In this document: positions 22,248-36,200 of the stretch, in pieces | Layout: every line of letters begins with the position of its first letter | How positions within the stretch are numbered: the stretch's first letter is position 1 | Source: Malacoraja senta | Lineage: Eukaryota | Direction of reading: 5' to 3' | DNA length: 64,000 nt | NCBI GenBank assembly: GCA_038087875.1 | Contig: CM075990.1 | Location: 18,168,001-18,232,000, forward strand | Notes under the pieces: model-generated | Seen by the model: only the letters and a program-made list of their open reading frames with translations | Databases searched by the model: none | What the model was told of the DNA's origin: nothing | Program-made: the position numbers and the translations under genes

Positions 22248-25200
22248 AAGTTACTCCCACACTTTGTCTAATTGTAGAGAAGGAAGTTGGAACATTTCAA
22301 ACATTAAAATGTTATGTTAATTTGATTTTTCAGCATCAAGTGTACCTGGATTTGGTCTTTATGGATGTCATAGGAAGGTAAGGCACATATTTCTAACTCT
22401 CTTCAGTTTAATGGAATAATTGTGTTACATTATTGATGGCTGTTCCAAATTTGTTTCTTCAACATCGAGCAGCTCGCAGTCTCTGGTAGAGACCGATGTC
22501 GGGAAGCTCCAAAGAACGCAAAAGGTTCGACTAGACCCCGAGTGAGCTGTGATTGAACCCCCCGATGCAGGACCCCCGACACGGACGGCCCGACTGCCGG
22601 CTACGGGAGTCAAGATTTTCCCGTCAACGGAAGACTCGAGGCCCCAGACTGCGGGAGACCAAAGAAGGGAAGAGTTTGAACTTTGTGTTCTGTTGCTTTT
22701 TATTGGTATGAGTGGATGGTAAATGAAATTCCTTGTGTTGCAAACATACATTTTTTGCAACACGTGCCACCCCATGCTTGAATCGTGAGTAAACAGTGCT
22801 GGAGGAACTTGGTGGGTTTGACAACCTCTGAATAAACGGACAGATGACTCATCGGGTCGGGAGCTCTCAGTCTGAAATACAGGGGAGAGCTGGAAATGAG
22901 GTGGGGGTTGGGCACTGCCTGACAGGTGATGGGTGGATTACAGGTGAGTGGGTGATGGGCAAATGGGTGGAGTAAGTGCCAAAGTCTGAAGGTGGAAGTG
23001 ATGAAACATGTTGGATAAGGACAAGAACTCTGAAATGTGAACCAGGGTGAGGTGGGGTTGGTAGGTAAAAGTGAAATATGGGACAGTTGAGAGATGAGCG
23101 TACTTCCCTTCATTAACTAAGTAATAACTAATTAATAATAACTAAATAATTATAACTAAGTAACAACTAAATAATAACAACAACTAACTAGCCCTTTCTT
23201 GTACGATCATCTCTCAGAAACAGTCCCATATTCCCTCTATCTCTTCCACCCATCTGTCTCCTAGTTTCACATTTCAGTTCTACTTATTTGGCATTTACTC
23301 CCTTTCACCTTGAGCCTTTGGCACTGACTCCATCCATATGCTAATCACGGCTCGCATGTACCACCTATTAACTTGCTGGCTTTGTCCTGCGTGCCTCTGC
23401 CTCTTTTCACACTCTTTCATTAGGTCTGAGGAAGGTTGCTGACCTGAGATGTCATCTGTCCATTCCACTTGCAGTCAGGCAGATTGTGCCTGTACTGCTG
23501 AATGCCTCCAGCACTTTGTCTTTGGACAGAGCCATGTTCCTTGGTTGTAGTTGGCTCCTGTTGCAGGGAAAGTAGAGTTTAATATTTTTGACTGAAGCTC
23601 TGGAGCGTTGGGTTTTTCCAGGTATTTTTAACCATCTGGACACCACTGAATGTTTGTTTATCTAACGTTTAAATGTCCACGTGAGGAGTAAGGCATCGGG
23701 CAACAAGGTTGGGAGAACACTTGTGAAATATAATGGGTATTTGATGTAACTAGGGTGTTGCTGTGCTTGTAAATTGTGTCAGTGCTGGAGCAACTCGATG
23801 GGTACCGCAACATCGCTGAAGAACATGGATTGGTAATTCTGGGTTGGGACTCTTCAGACCTTAATCTCTTGAGCTAGTCTAAATATATTCGACTACATTA
23901 ATATTGGTCCAACCTGTAGGAGTCCTGACTGCAGAGACACAATGGTCCTAGTTGGAGATACATCTCCAGGCATTGTCCACATGTCCAAGTATTTTTACCT
24001 TGAGGACTAGAATCTTCTCACCCAGGACTGTCCGACCCACTGAGTTACTCCCGCACTTTGTCTAATTGTAGAGAAGGATGTTGGAACATTTCAAACATTA
24101 AAATGTTATGTTAATTTGATTTTTCAGCATCAAGTCATCCTGGATTTGGTCTTTATGGATGTCATAGGAAGATAAGGTACCTATATCTAACCCTCTTCAG
24201 TTTAATGGGGTAAATGTGTTAAATTATTGATGGCTTTTCCAAATTTGTTTCTTAAACATCGAGGAGCTCGCAGTCTCTGGTATAGACTGATGTCGGGAAG
24301 CTCCAAAGAATGCAAAAGGTTCGACTAGACCCCGAGTGAGCTGGGATTGAACCCCCCGATGCAGGACCCCCGACACGGACGGCCCGACCGCTGGCTATGG
24401 GAGTCAAGGTCGTGCCGTCAATGGGAGGCTCGAGGCCTCAGACCAAAGAAGGGAAGAGTTTGAACTTTGTGTTCTGTTGCTTTTTATTGGTATGAGTGTA
24501 TGGTAAATGAAATTCCTCGTGTTGCAAAGCATACTTTTTTTGCAACACGAGCCACCCCATGCTTGAATCGTGAGTAAATACAGTGCTGGAAGAACTTGGT
24601 GGGTTTGACAACCTCTGAAAAATGGACAGGTGACTAATTGGGTCCGGAGCTCTCAGTCTGAAATACGGGGGAGAGATGGAAATGAGGTGGGGGTTGGGCA
24701 CTGCCTGACAGGTGATGGGTGGATTACAGGTGAGTGGGTGATAGGCAAATGGATGGAGTAAAGGCTGGAGGTGGAAGTGATCAAACATGTTGGATAAGGA
24801 CAAGAACTCTGAAATGTGAACCAGGGTGAGGTGGGGTTGGTAGGTAAAAGTGAAATATGGGACAAGGAGTTGAGAGATGAGCGTACTTCCCTTCATTAAC
24901 TAAGTAATAACTAATTAATAATAACTAAATAATTATAACTAAGTAACAACTAAATAATAACAACTAAATAATAACAACTAACTAGCCCTTTCTTGTACGA
25001 TCATCTCTCAGAAACAGTCCCATATTCCCTCTATCTCTTCCACCCATCTCTCGCCTAGTTTCATATTTCAGTTCTACTTATTTGGCATTTTGTCCCTTTC
25101 ACCATGAGCCTTTGGCACTCACTCCATCCATATGCTAATCACACCTCGTGTACCATCTATTTACTTGCTAGCTTTGTCCTTCGTGCCTCTGCCTCTTTTC

Positions 25201-26149
25201 ACTCTCGTTCATCAGTCTGAGGAAGGTTGCTGACCTGAGATGTCTAATTGTAGAGAAGGAAGTTGGAACATTTCAAACATTAAAATGTTATGTTAATTTG
25301 ATTTTTCAGCATCAAGTGTACCTGGATTTGGTCTTTATGGATGTCATAGGAAGGTAAGGCACATATTTCTAACTCTCTTCAGTTTAATGGAATAATTGTG
25401 TTACATTATTGATGGCTGTTCCAAATTTGTTTCTTCAACATCGAGCAGCTCGCAGTCTCTGGTAGAGACCGATGTCGGGAAGCTCCAAAGAACGCAAAAG
25501 GTTCGACTAGACCCTGAGTGAGCTGTGATTGAACAGGTGATGGGTGGATACAGGTGAGTGGGTAATGGGCAGATGGGTGGAGTAAGTGACAAAGGCTGAA
25601 GGTGAAAGTGATAAAATATGTTGGATAAGGACAAGAACTGTGAAATGTAAAGCCATAGGGAGGTGGGTTGGGAAGGTAAAAGGGAAATGTGGGACAAGGA
25701 GATGGGAGATGAGTGTACTTCCCTTCACCCCCCAAACACCCTGGTGTGCTAATTGACTGACTAACTAACTAATTAACTCACTAATTAACTCACTAACTAA
25801 CTAACCAACTAACACTGGTCCTTTCCCTTCCTCTGTACGCTCATCTCTCAAACAGGAAAGTTGCTGACCTGAGATGTCATCTGTCCATTCCACTTGCAGT
25901 CAGGCAGATTGTGCTTGAACTGCTGAATGCCTCCAGCACTTTGTCTTTAGACAGAGACATATTCCCTGGTTAATGTAATTGTAGTTGTCTCCTGTTACAG
26001 GGAAAGTAGTTTAATATTTGTGGTGTATTAATTTGACTGTTTTGTACATCTTTGTCAGCTCTTGGGATCTGGTCTTTCTGGCGATTACTGTAAGGTAAGG
26101 CCCCTGTTTCAAAACCTCTCTTGGGTTTCAGTGTTTGGGGGAAAGATTA

Positions 26150-26407
26150 GGCAGCACAGTGGTAGAGTTGCTGCCTCACAGCGCCAGAGACCTGGGTTCA
26201 ATCCTGACAACATGTGTTGTTTGTATGTTCTGCCTGTGACAATGTGGGTTTTCTCCAGGTGTTCTGGCTTCCAACACCAAAGACATTCAGATTTGCAGGT
26301 TAATTGGTTTTAGTAAACTGTCCCTAGTGTGTAGGATAGTGCTCGTGTACGGGGTGATTGCTGGATTGTGGTGACTTGGTGGACCAGAGGGCCTGTTTCC
26401 ACACTTT
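26150..26407 (+). mobile_element. tRNA-derived V-SINE (HE1-like), HOR copy 2
   Basis: Copy of 8358-8615 at +17792. Confidence 0.85.
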
Positions 26408-27205
26408 AGTTGGTCTTAATGTATTTATATTAGTACAATGTGAAGAAGGGTCCTGTTCTGAAACGTCACCTATAAATGTTCTGCAGAGATGCTGCCTGAC
26501 CAGCTGAGTTACTCCAGCACTCCATGAAACGTCACCTATAAATGTTCTCCAGAGATGCTGCCTGACCTGCTGAGTTACTCCAGCACTGTCTATTTTTTTG
26601 TAAACCAGCACCTGCAGTTCCTTGATTTTCATCCCAAATCTTCCCTGGTTTCAGGGCTTTTACAAACTTTGGCATCTGTACAATGGGTGAATTACAGGGA
26701 AAGGAAACGGGTCACAGACCAATAAAGCACCATTTTGCAGTAAAGAGAACAATTATATCTAATTTGAGGACAGCAGTCCCAATGTGCAGTGAATTTGTAC
26801 AACAGGTCGCTCCAATTTGTGGTCAACACTCCCACCGTGTGGTGATCCGCTGCACTGCAGGCCCATCCAGTTTGTGGTGAACACTCCCACCGTGTGGTGA
26901 TCCGCTGCACTGCAGACCCATCCAGTTTGTGGTCAACACTCCCACCGTGTGGTGATCCGCTGCACTGCAGGTCCATGTGACGTGGACAAAGTACTAGTTT
27001 AACTCTGGTCAGGCAGCATCTCTGGAGAACGTAGACAGGAGTATCTTTTTGTCCACATTTACTGCATTGCACCGCATACCGCACAGTGAGGAATTTCTTT
27101 AGTCGGAGGGCGGTGAATCTGTAGAATTCACTGCTACAGAAGGCTGTAGAGGCTGTCGATGGATATTTTTAAATTGGAGATAGATTCTTGATTAGCAATG
27201 GCGTT

Positions 27206-28914
27206 AACCATATAACATATAACAATTACAGCACGGAAACAGGCCATCTCGGCCCTTCAAGTCCATGCCAAACACTTTTTCTCCCCTAGTCCCATCTACC
27301 TGCACTCAGACCATAACCCTCCATTCCTTTCCCATCCATATACCCATCCAATCTATTTTTAAATGATAAAATCGAACCTGCCTCCACCACTTCCACTGGA
27401 AGCTCATTCCACACAGCTACCACTCTCTTTGAGTAAAGAAGTTCCCCCTAATGTTACCCCTAAACTTCTGTCCCTTAATTCTCAAGTCATGTCCCCCTTG
27501 TTTGAATCTTCCCCACTCTCAATGGGAAAAGCTTATCCACGTCAACTCTGTCTATCCCTCTCATCATTTTAAAGATCTCTATCAAGTCCCCCCTTAACCT
27601 TCTGCGCTCCAAAGAATAAAGACCTAACTTGTTCAGCCTTTCTCTGTAATTTAGTTGCTGAAACCCAGGCAACATGCTCGTAAATCTCCTCTGTACTCTC
27701 TCTATTTTGTTGACATCCTTCCTATAATTAGGCAACCAAAATTGTACTCCATACTCCAGAATTGGCCTCACCAATGCCTTGTACAATTTTAAAATTACAT
27801 CCCAACTTCTATACTCAATGCTCTGATTTATAAAGGCCAGCACACCAAAAGCTTTCTTTACCACCCTATCTACATGAGATTCCACCTTCAGGGAACTATG
27901 CACAGTTATTCCTAGATCCCTCTGTTCAACTGCATTCCTCAATTCGCTACCATTTACCATGTACGTCATATTTTGATTTGTCCTGCCAAGATGTAGCACC
28001 TCACATTTATCAGCATTAAACTCCATCTGCCATCTTTCAGCCCACTCTTCCAAATGGCCTAAATCTCTCTGTAGACTTTGAAAATCTACTTCATTATCCA
28101 CAACACCACCTATCTTAGTATCATCTGCATACTTACTAATCCAAATTTCCACACCATCATCCAGATCATTGATGTACATGACAAACAACAGTGGACCCAA
28201 CAGACCCCTGAGGCACCCCACGAGTCACCGGCCTCCAACCTGACAAACAGCCATCCACCATTACTCTCTGGCATCTCCCATTCAGCCACTGTTGAATCCA
28301 TCTTGCTACTCCACCATTAATACCCAACAATTGAATCTTCTTAACCAGCCTTCCATGTCAAAGACCTTGTCAAAGGCCTTACTGAAGTCCATATAGACAA
28401 CATCCACTGCTTTACCCTCATCAATTTCCCTAATAACCTCTTTGAAAAATTCTAGAAGATTAGTCAAACATGACCTTCCAGGCACAAATCCATGTTGACT
28501 GTTCTTAATCAGACCCTGTTTATCCAGATGCTTATATATATTATCCCTAAGTATCCTTTCCATTAATTTGCCCACCACTGACGTCAAAGTAACAGGTCTA
28601 TAATTGCTAGGTTTACTCTTAGAACCCTTTTTAAACAATGGAACAACATGCGCAGTACGCCAATCCTCCGGCACTATTCCAGTTTCTAATGACATTTGAA
28701 ATATTTCTGTCATAGCCCCTGCTATTTCTACACTAACTTCCCTCAATGTCCTAGGGAATATCCTGTCGGGACCTGGAGACTTATCCGTTTTCATATTTTT
28801 CAAAAGTGTCCACACCTCCTCTTCTTTGAATCTCATAGTTTCCATCGCTACTCTGCTTGTTTCCCTTACCTCGCATAATTCCATATCGTTCTCCTTGGTG
28901 AATACCGAAGAAAA
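27206..28914 (-). mobile_element. CR1 LINE 'A' 3' part, HOR copy 2
   Basis: ORFs 28306..28992 and 27487..28221 have the same translations as in copy 1. Confidence 0.95.
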
Positions 28915-29634
28915 TGGAGTTACAGGGATGTGGTCACTCCAACACCACAGGAGGCAGGCAAGTGGATCACGGTTGGGAGAGGCAAGGGGCACAGGCAGGG
29001 ACTAGAGAGTACCCCGGTGGCTGTACACCTTGACAGTAAGTACTCCTGTTTGAGCACTGTTGGGGTGGACAGCCTACCTGGGGGTAGTGACAGCGGCCGG
29101 GCCTCCGGTATAGAGACCGGCCCTGTTGCTCAGAAGGGCAAGGAAAAGAAGAGGAGGGCAATACTAATAGGGGACTCTATAGTTGGGGGGTCAGACAGGC
29201 GATTCTGTGGACGCAGTCGGGAGACCCGGATGGTAGTTTGCCTCCCTGGTGCCAGGGTCTGTGATGTGTCTCAACGTGTCCAAGATATCCTGAAAGGGCA
29301 GGGAGAGGAGCCCGAGGTCATGGTACATATAGGTACCAATGACATAGGTAAAAAAAGAGAAGAGGTCCTGATAGGAGAATTTAGGGCGTTAGGAGGGGAG
29401 TTAAAGAGAAGGACAGCAAAGGTAACAATCTCGGGATTACTGCTTGTGCCATGGAGGATAAATGCGTGGCTGAAGGACTGGTGCAGAAGGCAGGGATTCA
29501 AATTTCTGGATCATTGGGACCTCTTTTGTGGAAGGTTCGACCTGTACAAAAAGGATGGTTTGCACTTGAACCTGAGGGGGACCGATATCCTGGCGGGGAG
29601 ATCTGCAAAGGCTACTGGGGAGACTTTAAACTAG
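28915..29634 (+). pseudogene. CR1 ORF1p SGNH esterase fragment, HOR copy 2
   Basis: ORF 28930..29634 has the same translation. Confidence 0.88.
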
Positions 29635-32387
29635 AATGGTTGGGGGGAGGGACTCAAATAGAGAATGCTATTAGACAGTGTGTGAGGCAGGAGGCAGAGA
29701 AGGAAAGCACTCAGACCCAACATGTAGGGGGGAAAGAAGAAAACAACAATAAACAGAGAATAAGAGGTGGTGGGGTTCTTAAATGGGTGAGCAGAGAAAC
29801 AGAGGGGTGTAAAATGCGGGCGGAAGCAATAGGTAGCAAGGTGAAAAGTAAACGTGGCAGGCAGACAAATCCAGGGCAAAAATCAAAAAGAGCCACTTTT
29901 CAACATAATTGTATAAGGGGTAAGAGCGTTGTAAAAACAAGCCTGAAGGTTTTGTGTCTCAATGCAAGGAGCATTCGTAATAAGGTGGATGAGTTGAACA
30001 TGCAGATAGCAATTAATGATTATGATATAGTTGGGCTCACGGAGACATGGCTCCAGGGTGACCAAGGCTGGGAGCTGAACATCCAGGGATATTCAATATT
30101 CAGGAGGGATAGAGAGAAAGGAAAAGGAGGTGGGGTAGCGTTGCTGGTTAGAGAGGAGATTAACGCAGTGGAAAGGAAGGACATTAGCTTGGAGGATGTG
30201 GAATCGGTATGGGTAGAGCTGCGAAACACTAAGGGGCAGAAAACGCTGGTGGGTGTTGTGTACAGGCCACCTAGCAGTACTAGTGAAGTTGGGGATGGCA
30301 TCAAACAGGAAATTAGAAATGCGTGCAACAAAGGCAAAACAGTTATAATGGGTGACTTCAATCTACATATAGATTGGGTGAATCAAATTGGCAGGGGTGC
30401 TGAGGAAGAGGATTTCTTGGAATGTATGCGGGATAGTTATCTAAACCAACATGTAGAGGAACCAACGAGAGAGCAGGCTATTCTAGACTGGGTATTGAGT
30501 AATGAGGAAGGGTTAGTTAGCAGTCTTGTTGTGCGTGCCCCCTTGGGCAAGAGTGACCATAATATGGTTGAGTTCTTCATTAGGATGGAGAGTGACATTG
30601 TTAATTCAGAAACAACGGTTCTGAACTTAAAGAAAGGAAACTTTGAGGGTATGAGACGTGAATTGGCCAAGATTGACTGGCAATTAGTTCTAAAAGGGTT
30701 GACGGTGGATATGCAATGGAAGGCATTTAAAGACTGCATGGATGAACTACAAAAATTGTTCATCCCAGTTTGGCAAAAGAATAAATCCGGGAAGGTAGTG
30801 CATCCGTGGATAACAAGGGAAATCAGGGATAGTATCAAAGCAAAAGATGATGCATACAAATTAGCCAGAAAAAGCAGCATACCAGAGGACTGGGAGAAAT
30901 TCAGAGACCAACAGAGGAGGACAAAGGGCTTAATTAGGAAAGGGAAAATAGATTATGAAAGGAAACTGGCAGGGAACATAAAAACTGACTGCAAAGGTTT
31001 TTATAGATATGTGAAGAGAAAGAGATTAGTTAAAACAAATGTAGGTCCCTTGCAGTCAGAAACAGGTGAATTGATCATGGGGAACAAGGATATGGCGGAC
31101 CCATTGAATAACTACTTTGGTTCCGTCTTCACTAAGGAAGACATAAATAATCTGCCGGAAATAGCAGGGGGCCGCGGGTCAAAGGAGATGGAGGAACTGA
31201 GTGAAATCCAGGTTAGTCGGGAAGTGGTGTTGGGTAAATTGAATGGATTAAAGGCCGATAAATCACCAGGGCCAGATAGGCTGCATCCCAGAGTACTTAA
31301 GGAAGTAGCTCCAGAAATAGTGGATGCATTAGTGATAATTTTTCAAAACTCTTTAGATTCTGGAGTAGTTCCTGAGGATTGGAGGGTAGCAAACGTACCA
31401 CATTTTGACAAGGTACCACATAAGAGATTAGGATACAAACTTAAATCACACAGTATTGGGGGTTCAGTATTGATGTGGATAGAGAACTGGCTGGCAAACA
31501 GGAAGCAAAGAGTAGGAGTAAACGGGTCCTTTTCACAATGGCAGGCAGTGACTAGTGGGGTACCGCAAGGCTCAGTGCTGGGACCCCAGCTATTTACAAT
31601 TTATATTAATGATCTGGACGAGGGAATTGAAAGCAACATCTCCAAGTTTGCGGATGACACTAAGCTGGGGGGCAGTGTTAGCTGTGAGGAGGATGCTAGG
31701 AGACTGCAAGGTGACTTTGATAGGCTGGGTGAGTGGGCAAATGTTTGGCAGATGCAGTATAATGTGGATAAATGTGAGGTTATCCACTTTGGTGGCGAAA
31801 ACGGGAAGGCAGACTATTATCTAAATGGTGGCCGATTAGGAAATGGGGAGGTGCAGCGAGACCTGGGTGTCATGGTACACCAGTCATTGAAAGTAGGCAT
31901 GCAGGTGCAGCAGGCAGTGAAGAAAGCGAATGGTATGTTGGCCTTCATAGCAAGAGGATTTGAGTATAGGAGCAGGGAGGTTCTACTGCAGTTGTACAGG
32001 GTCTTGGTGAGACCACACCTGGAGTATTGCGTACAGTTTTGGTCTCCAAATCTGAGGAAGGACATTATAGCCATAGAGGGAGTGCAGAGAAGGTTCACCA
32101 GACTGATTCCTGGGATGTCAGGACTTTCATATGAAGAAAGACTGGATAGACTTGGCTTATACTCGCTAGAATTTAGGAGATTGAGAGGGGATCTTATAGA
32201 AACGTACAAAATTCTTATGGGGTTGGACAGGCTAGATGCAGGAAGATTGTTCCCGATGTTGGGGAAGTCCAGGACAAGGGGTCACAGCTTAAGGATAAGG
32301 GGGAAATCCTTTAAGACCGAGATGAGGAAAAACGTTTTCACACAGAGTGGTGAATCTCTGGAACTCTCTGCCACAGAGGGTAGTTGA
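29451..32387 (+). pseudogene. CR1 ORF2, open 978-aa frame: APE motifs intact, RT lacking ~87 aa, C-terminal frameshift
   Basis: DWRVANVPH|FDKVPH skips the FKKG...NYRP...QHGF...YxDFxKA block present in ORF 10514..11200. It ends FTQSGESLEL rather than an FTQRVVNLWN-type sequence. Confidence 0.9.
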
Positions 32388-32581
32388 CGCCAGTTCATTG
32401 GCTATATTTAAGAGGGAGTTAGATGTGGCCCTTGTGGCTAAAGGGATCGGGGGGTATGGAGAGAAGGCAGGTACGGGATACTGAGTTGGATGATCAGCCA
32501 TGATCATATTGAATGGTGGTGCAGACTCGAAGGGCCGAATGGCCTACTCCTGCACCTATTTTCTATCTATCTATCTATCTA

Positions 32582-32946
32582 ATTCTATCACCCTGAAGCA
32601 ACGAAATCCTGGAATATTTAGTTTCCAATCACAGCCATCCTGCAACCATGTTTCACTGATCGCCACAACATCATACTTCCCGGTGTCAATCCAGGCTCTA
32701 AGCTCATCCACCTTTCTTACAATGCTCCTAGCATTTAAATATACACATTTAAGAAACCCACCACCTCTTATTCTCTGTTTATTATCTTTTTCTTCTTTGT
32801 CCCCTACATGTTGGGTCCGAGTGCTTCCCTTCTCTGCCTCCTGCCTCGCACCCTGACTACTAGCTTTCCCTATTCGAGTCCCTCCCCCCAACCGTTCTAG
32901 TTTAAAGTCTCCCCAGTTGCCTTTGCAAATCTCCCCGCCAGGATAT
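32582..32946 (-). mobile_element. CR1 LINE 'A' 5'-truncated end, HOR copy 2
   Basis: ORF 32571..32891; TSD at 27199-27205 and 32947-32953. Confidence 0.88.
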
Positions 32947-33272
32947 TGGCGTTGAACGTTACGGGGTCTGAATGATGATCTCGTCCCAAAATGTCACCTG
33001 TTCCTTCTCACCAGAGATGCTGCCTGACCCGCTGAGTTACTCCAGCTCGTTGTCTCACCATACATTTGGGTGCATCTACATTGTTACTATCCATTTCTTC
33101 AGTACTCTCGGTTATACTCTCATCCTTGGCTCTGCTCTTGGCCTTTCCACCCTGACTTGACAATTTTTGACTGAAAATCTGGGGGGTTGAGTTTTTCCAG
33201 GTATTTTTAACCAACTGGACACCATTAAATGTTTGTTTATATAGAACGTTTCAATGTCCACGTGTAGAGTAC

Positions 33273-36200
33273 TGCATCAGGCAACAAGGTTGGGAGAACA
33301 CTTGTGAAATTTAATGTGTATTTGATGGGGTAACTGGGGTGTTGATGTGCTTGTCAATTGCAAGTCAGTGCTGGAGCAACTCGATGGGTCCAGCAATGTC
33401 ACTGGAGAATATGGATTGGTAATTCTGGGTTGGGACTCTTCAGACCCTTAAGAATTTTAGTCTAAATATATTCGACTACCTTAATATTGGTCCAACCTGT
33501 AGGAGTCCTGACTGCAGAGACACAATGGTCCTGGTTGGAGATACATCTCCAGGCATTGTCCACATGTCCAAGTGTTGTTACCTTGAGGACTAGAATCTTC
33601 CCACCCAGGACTGTCTGACCCACTGAGTTACTCCAGCACTTTGTCTAATTGTAGAGAAGGACGTTGGAACATTTCAAACAGTAAAATGTTATGTTAATTT
33701 GATTTTTCAGCATCAAGTCTTCCTGGATTTGGTCATTCTGGAAGTCATAGGAAGGTAAGGTACCTATTTCTAACTCTCTTCAGTTCAATGGGATAAATGT
33801 GTTAAATTATTGATGGCTTTTCAAAATTTGTTTCTTCAACATCGAGGAGCTTGAAGTCTCTGGTAGAGACCGATGTCGGGAAGTTCCAAAGAACGCAAAA
33901 GGTTCAACTAGACCCCAAGTGAGCTGGGATTCAACCCCCCGATGCAGGACCCCCGACACGGACGGCCTGACCGCCGGCTATGGGAGTCGAGATCGTGCGT
34001 CAACGGAAGGCTCGAGGCCCCAGACCGCGGGAGACCAAAGAAGGGAAGAGTTTGAAATTTGTGTTCTGTTGCTTTTTATTGGTATGAGTGGATGGTAAAT
34101 GAAATTCCTCGAGTTGCAAACATACTTTTTTTGCAACACGAGCCACCCCATGCTTGAATCGTGAGTAAATACACAGTGTTGGAGGAACTTGGTGGGTTTG
34201 ACAACCTCTGAAGAAATGGACAGATGACTCATTGGGTCAGGAGCTCTCAGTCTGAAATATGGGGGAGAGCTGGAAATGAGGTGGGGGTTGGGCACTGCCT
34301 GACAGGTGATGGGTGGATTACAGGTGAGTGGGTGATGGGCAAATGGATGGAATAAGTGCCAAAGTCTGAAGGTGGAAGTGATGAAACATGTTGGATAAGG
34401 ACAAGAACTGTGAAATGTAAAACCAGGGTGAGGTGGAGTTGGAAGGTAAAAGGGAAATATGGGACAGTTGAGAGATGAGCACACTTACCTTCATTAACTA
34501 AGTAATAACTAAATAGTAATAACTAAATAGTAATAACTAAATAGTAATAACTAAATAGTAATAACAACTAACTAGTCCTTTCTTGTACGCTCATTTCTCA
34601 AACAGTTCCATATTCCCTCTATCCATTCCACCCATCTCTCTCCTAGTTTCATATTTCCGTTCTCTGCTTATTTGGCATTTTGTCCCTTTCACCTTGAGCC
34701 TTTGGCACTCACTCCATCCATATGCTAATCACGCCTCACATGTACCACCTATTTACTTGCTGGCTTTGTCCTGCATGCCTCTGCATCTTTTCACTCTCTC
34801 ATCAGTCTTTGGAAGGTTGCTGACCTGAGATGTCATCTGTCCATTCCACTTGCAGTTAGGCAGATTGTGCCTGTACTGCTGAATGCCTCCAGCACTTTGT
34901 CTTTGGACAGAGCCATGTTCCCTGGTTGTAGTTGGCTCCTGTTACAGGGAAAATAGAGTTTAATATTTTTGACTGGAGCTCTGTGGGATTGGGTTTTTCC
35001 AGGTATTTTTAACCATCTGGACACCACTGAATGTTTGTTTATATCTAATATCTAACGTTTAAATGTCCACGTGAGGAGTAAGGCATCGGGCAACAAGGTT
35101 GGGAGAACACTTGTGAAATATAATGGGTATTTGATGTAACTGGGGTGTTGCTGTGCTTGTAAATTGTGTCAGTGCTGGAGCAACTCGATGGGTACAGCAA
35201 CATCGCTGGGGAACATGGATTGGTAATTCTGGGTAGGGACTCTTCAGACCTTAATCTCTTGAGCTAGTCTAAATATATTCGACTACATTAATATTGGTCC
35301 AACCTGTAGGAGTCCTGACTGCAGAGACACAATGGTCCTAGTTGGAGATACATCTCCAGGCATTGTCCACATGTCCAAGTGCTTTTACCTTGAGGACTAG
35401 AATCTTCTCACCCAGGACTGTCCGACCCACTGAGTTACTCCCGCACTTTGTCTAATTGTAGAGAAGGATGTTGGAACATTTCAAACATTAAAATGTTATG
35501 TTAATTTGATTTTTCAGCATCGTCATCCTGGATTTGGTCTTTATGGATGTCATAGGAAGATATGGTACCTATATCTAACCCTCTTCAGTTTAATGGGGTA
35601 AATGTGTTAAATTATTGATGGCTTTTCCAAAATTGTTTCTTCAACATCGAGGAGCTCGCAGTCTCTGGTATAGACTGATGTCGGGAAGCTCCAAAGAATG
35701 CAAAAGGTTCGACTAGACCCCGAGTGAGCTGGGATTGAACTCCCCGATGCAGGACCCCCGACACGGACGGCCCGACCGCTGGCTACGGGAGTCAAGATCG
35801 TGCCGTCAACGGGAGGCTCGAGGCAGACCAAAGAAGGGAAGAGTTTGAACTTTGTGTTCTGTTGCATTTTATTGGTATGAGTGTATGGTAAATGAAATTC
35901 CTCGTGTTGCAAAGCATACTTTTTTTGCAACGAGCCACCCCATGCTTGAATCGTGAGTAAATACAGTGCTGGAAGAACTTGGTGGGTTTGACTACCTCTG
36001 AAAAATGGACAGGTGACTAATTGGGTCCGGAGCTCTCAGTCTGAAATACGGGGGAGAGATGGAAATGAGGTGGGGGTTGGGCACTGCCTGACAGGTGATG
36101 GGTGGATTACAGGTGAGTGGGTGATAGGCAAATGGATGGAGTAAAGGCTGGAGGTGGAAGTGATCAAACATGTTGGATAAGGACAAGAACTCTGAAATGT

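Larger units (their letters stand above)
18301..22925. repeat. Tandem duplication of ~2,312 bp inside HOR copy 2
   Basis: ORFs repeat at +2312/2313 (19053->21365, 20112->22425). The hybrid monomer switches from C-type to B-type variants between ~20582 and ~20643. Confidence 0.92.
28915..32581 (+). mobile_element. Chimeric CR1 LINE, HOR copy 2
   Basis: Copy of 11123-14787; ORF2 here has no internal stop (978-aa ORF). Confidence 0.95.
15479..33272. repeat. Subtelomeric higher-order repeat, copy 2 (17,794 bp, includes an extra ~2.31-kb internal duplication)
   Basis: Near-identical to copy 1. Offsets change from +15478 to +17792 after the duplicated block (8270->26062, 11138->28930). Confidence 0.97.

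Noticed and set aside
29451..32387. Active autonomous LINE or telomere-maintaining retrotransposon (TART/TRAS/SART-like)
   Set aside because: The RT lacks ~87 aa including a catalytic motif, ORF1 is truncated, and the element is not inserted in telomeric repeats. Its copies arose by HOR duplication, and a long canonical TTAGGG array is present.
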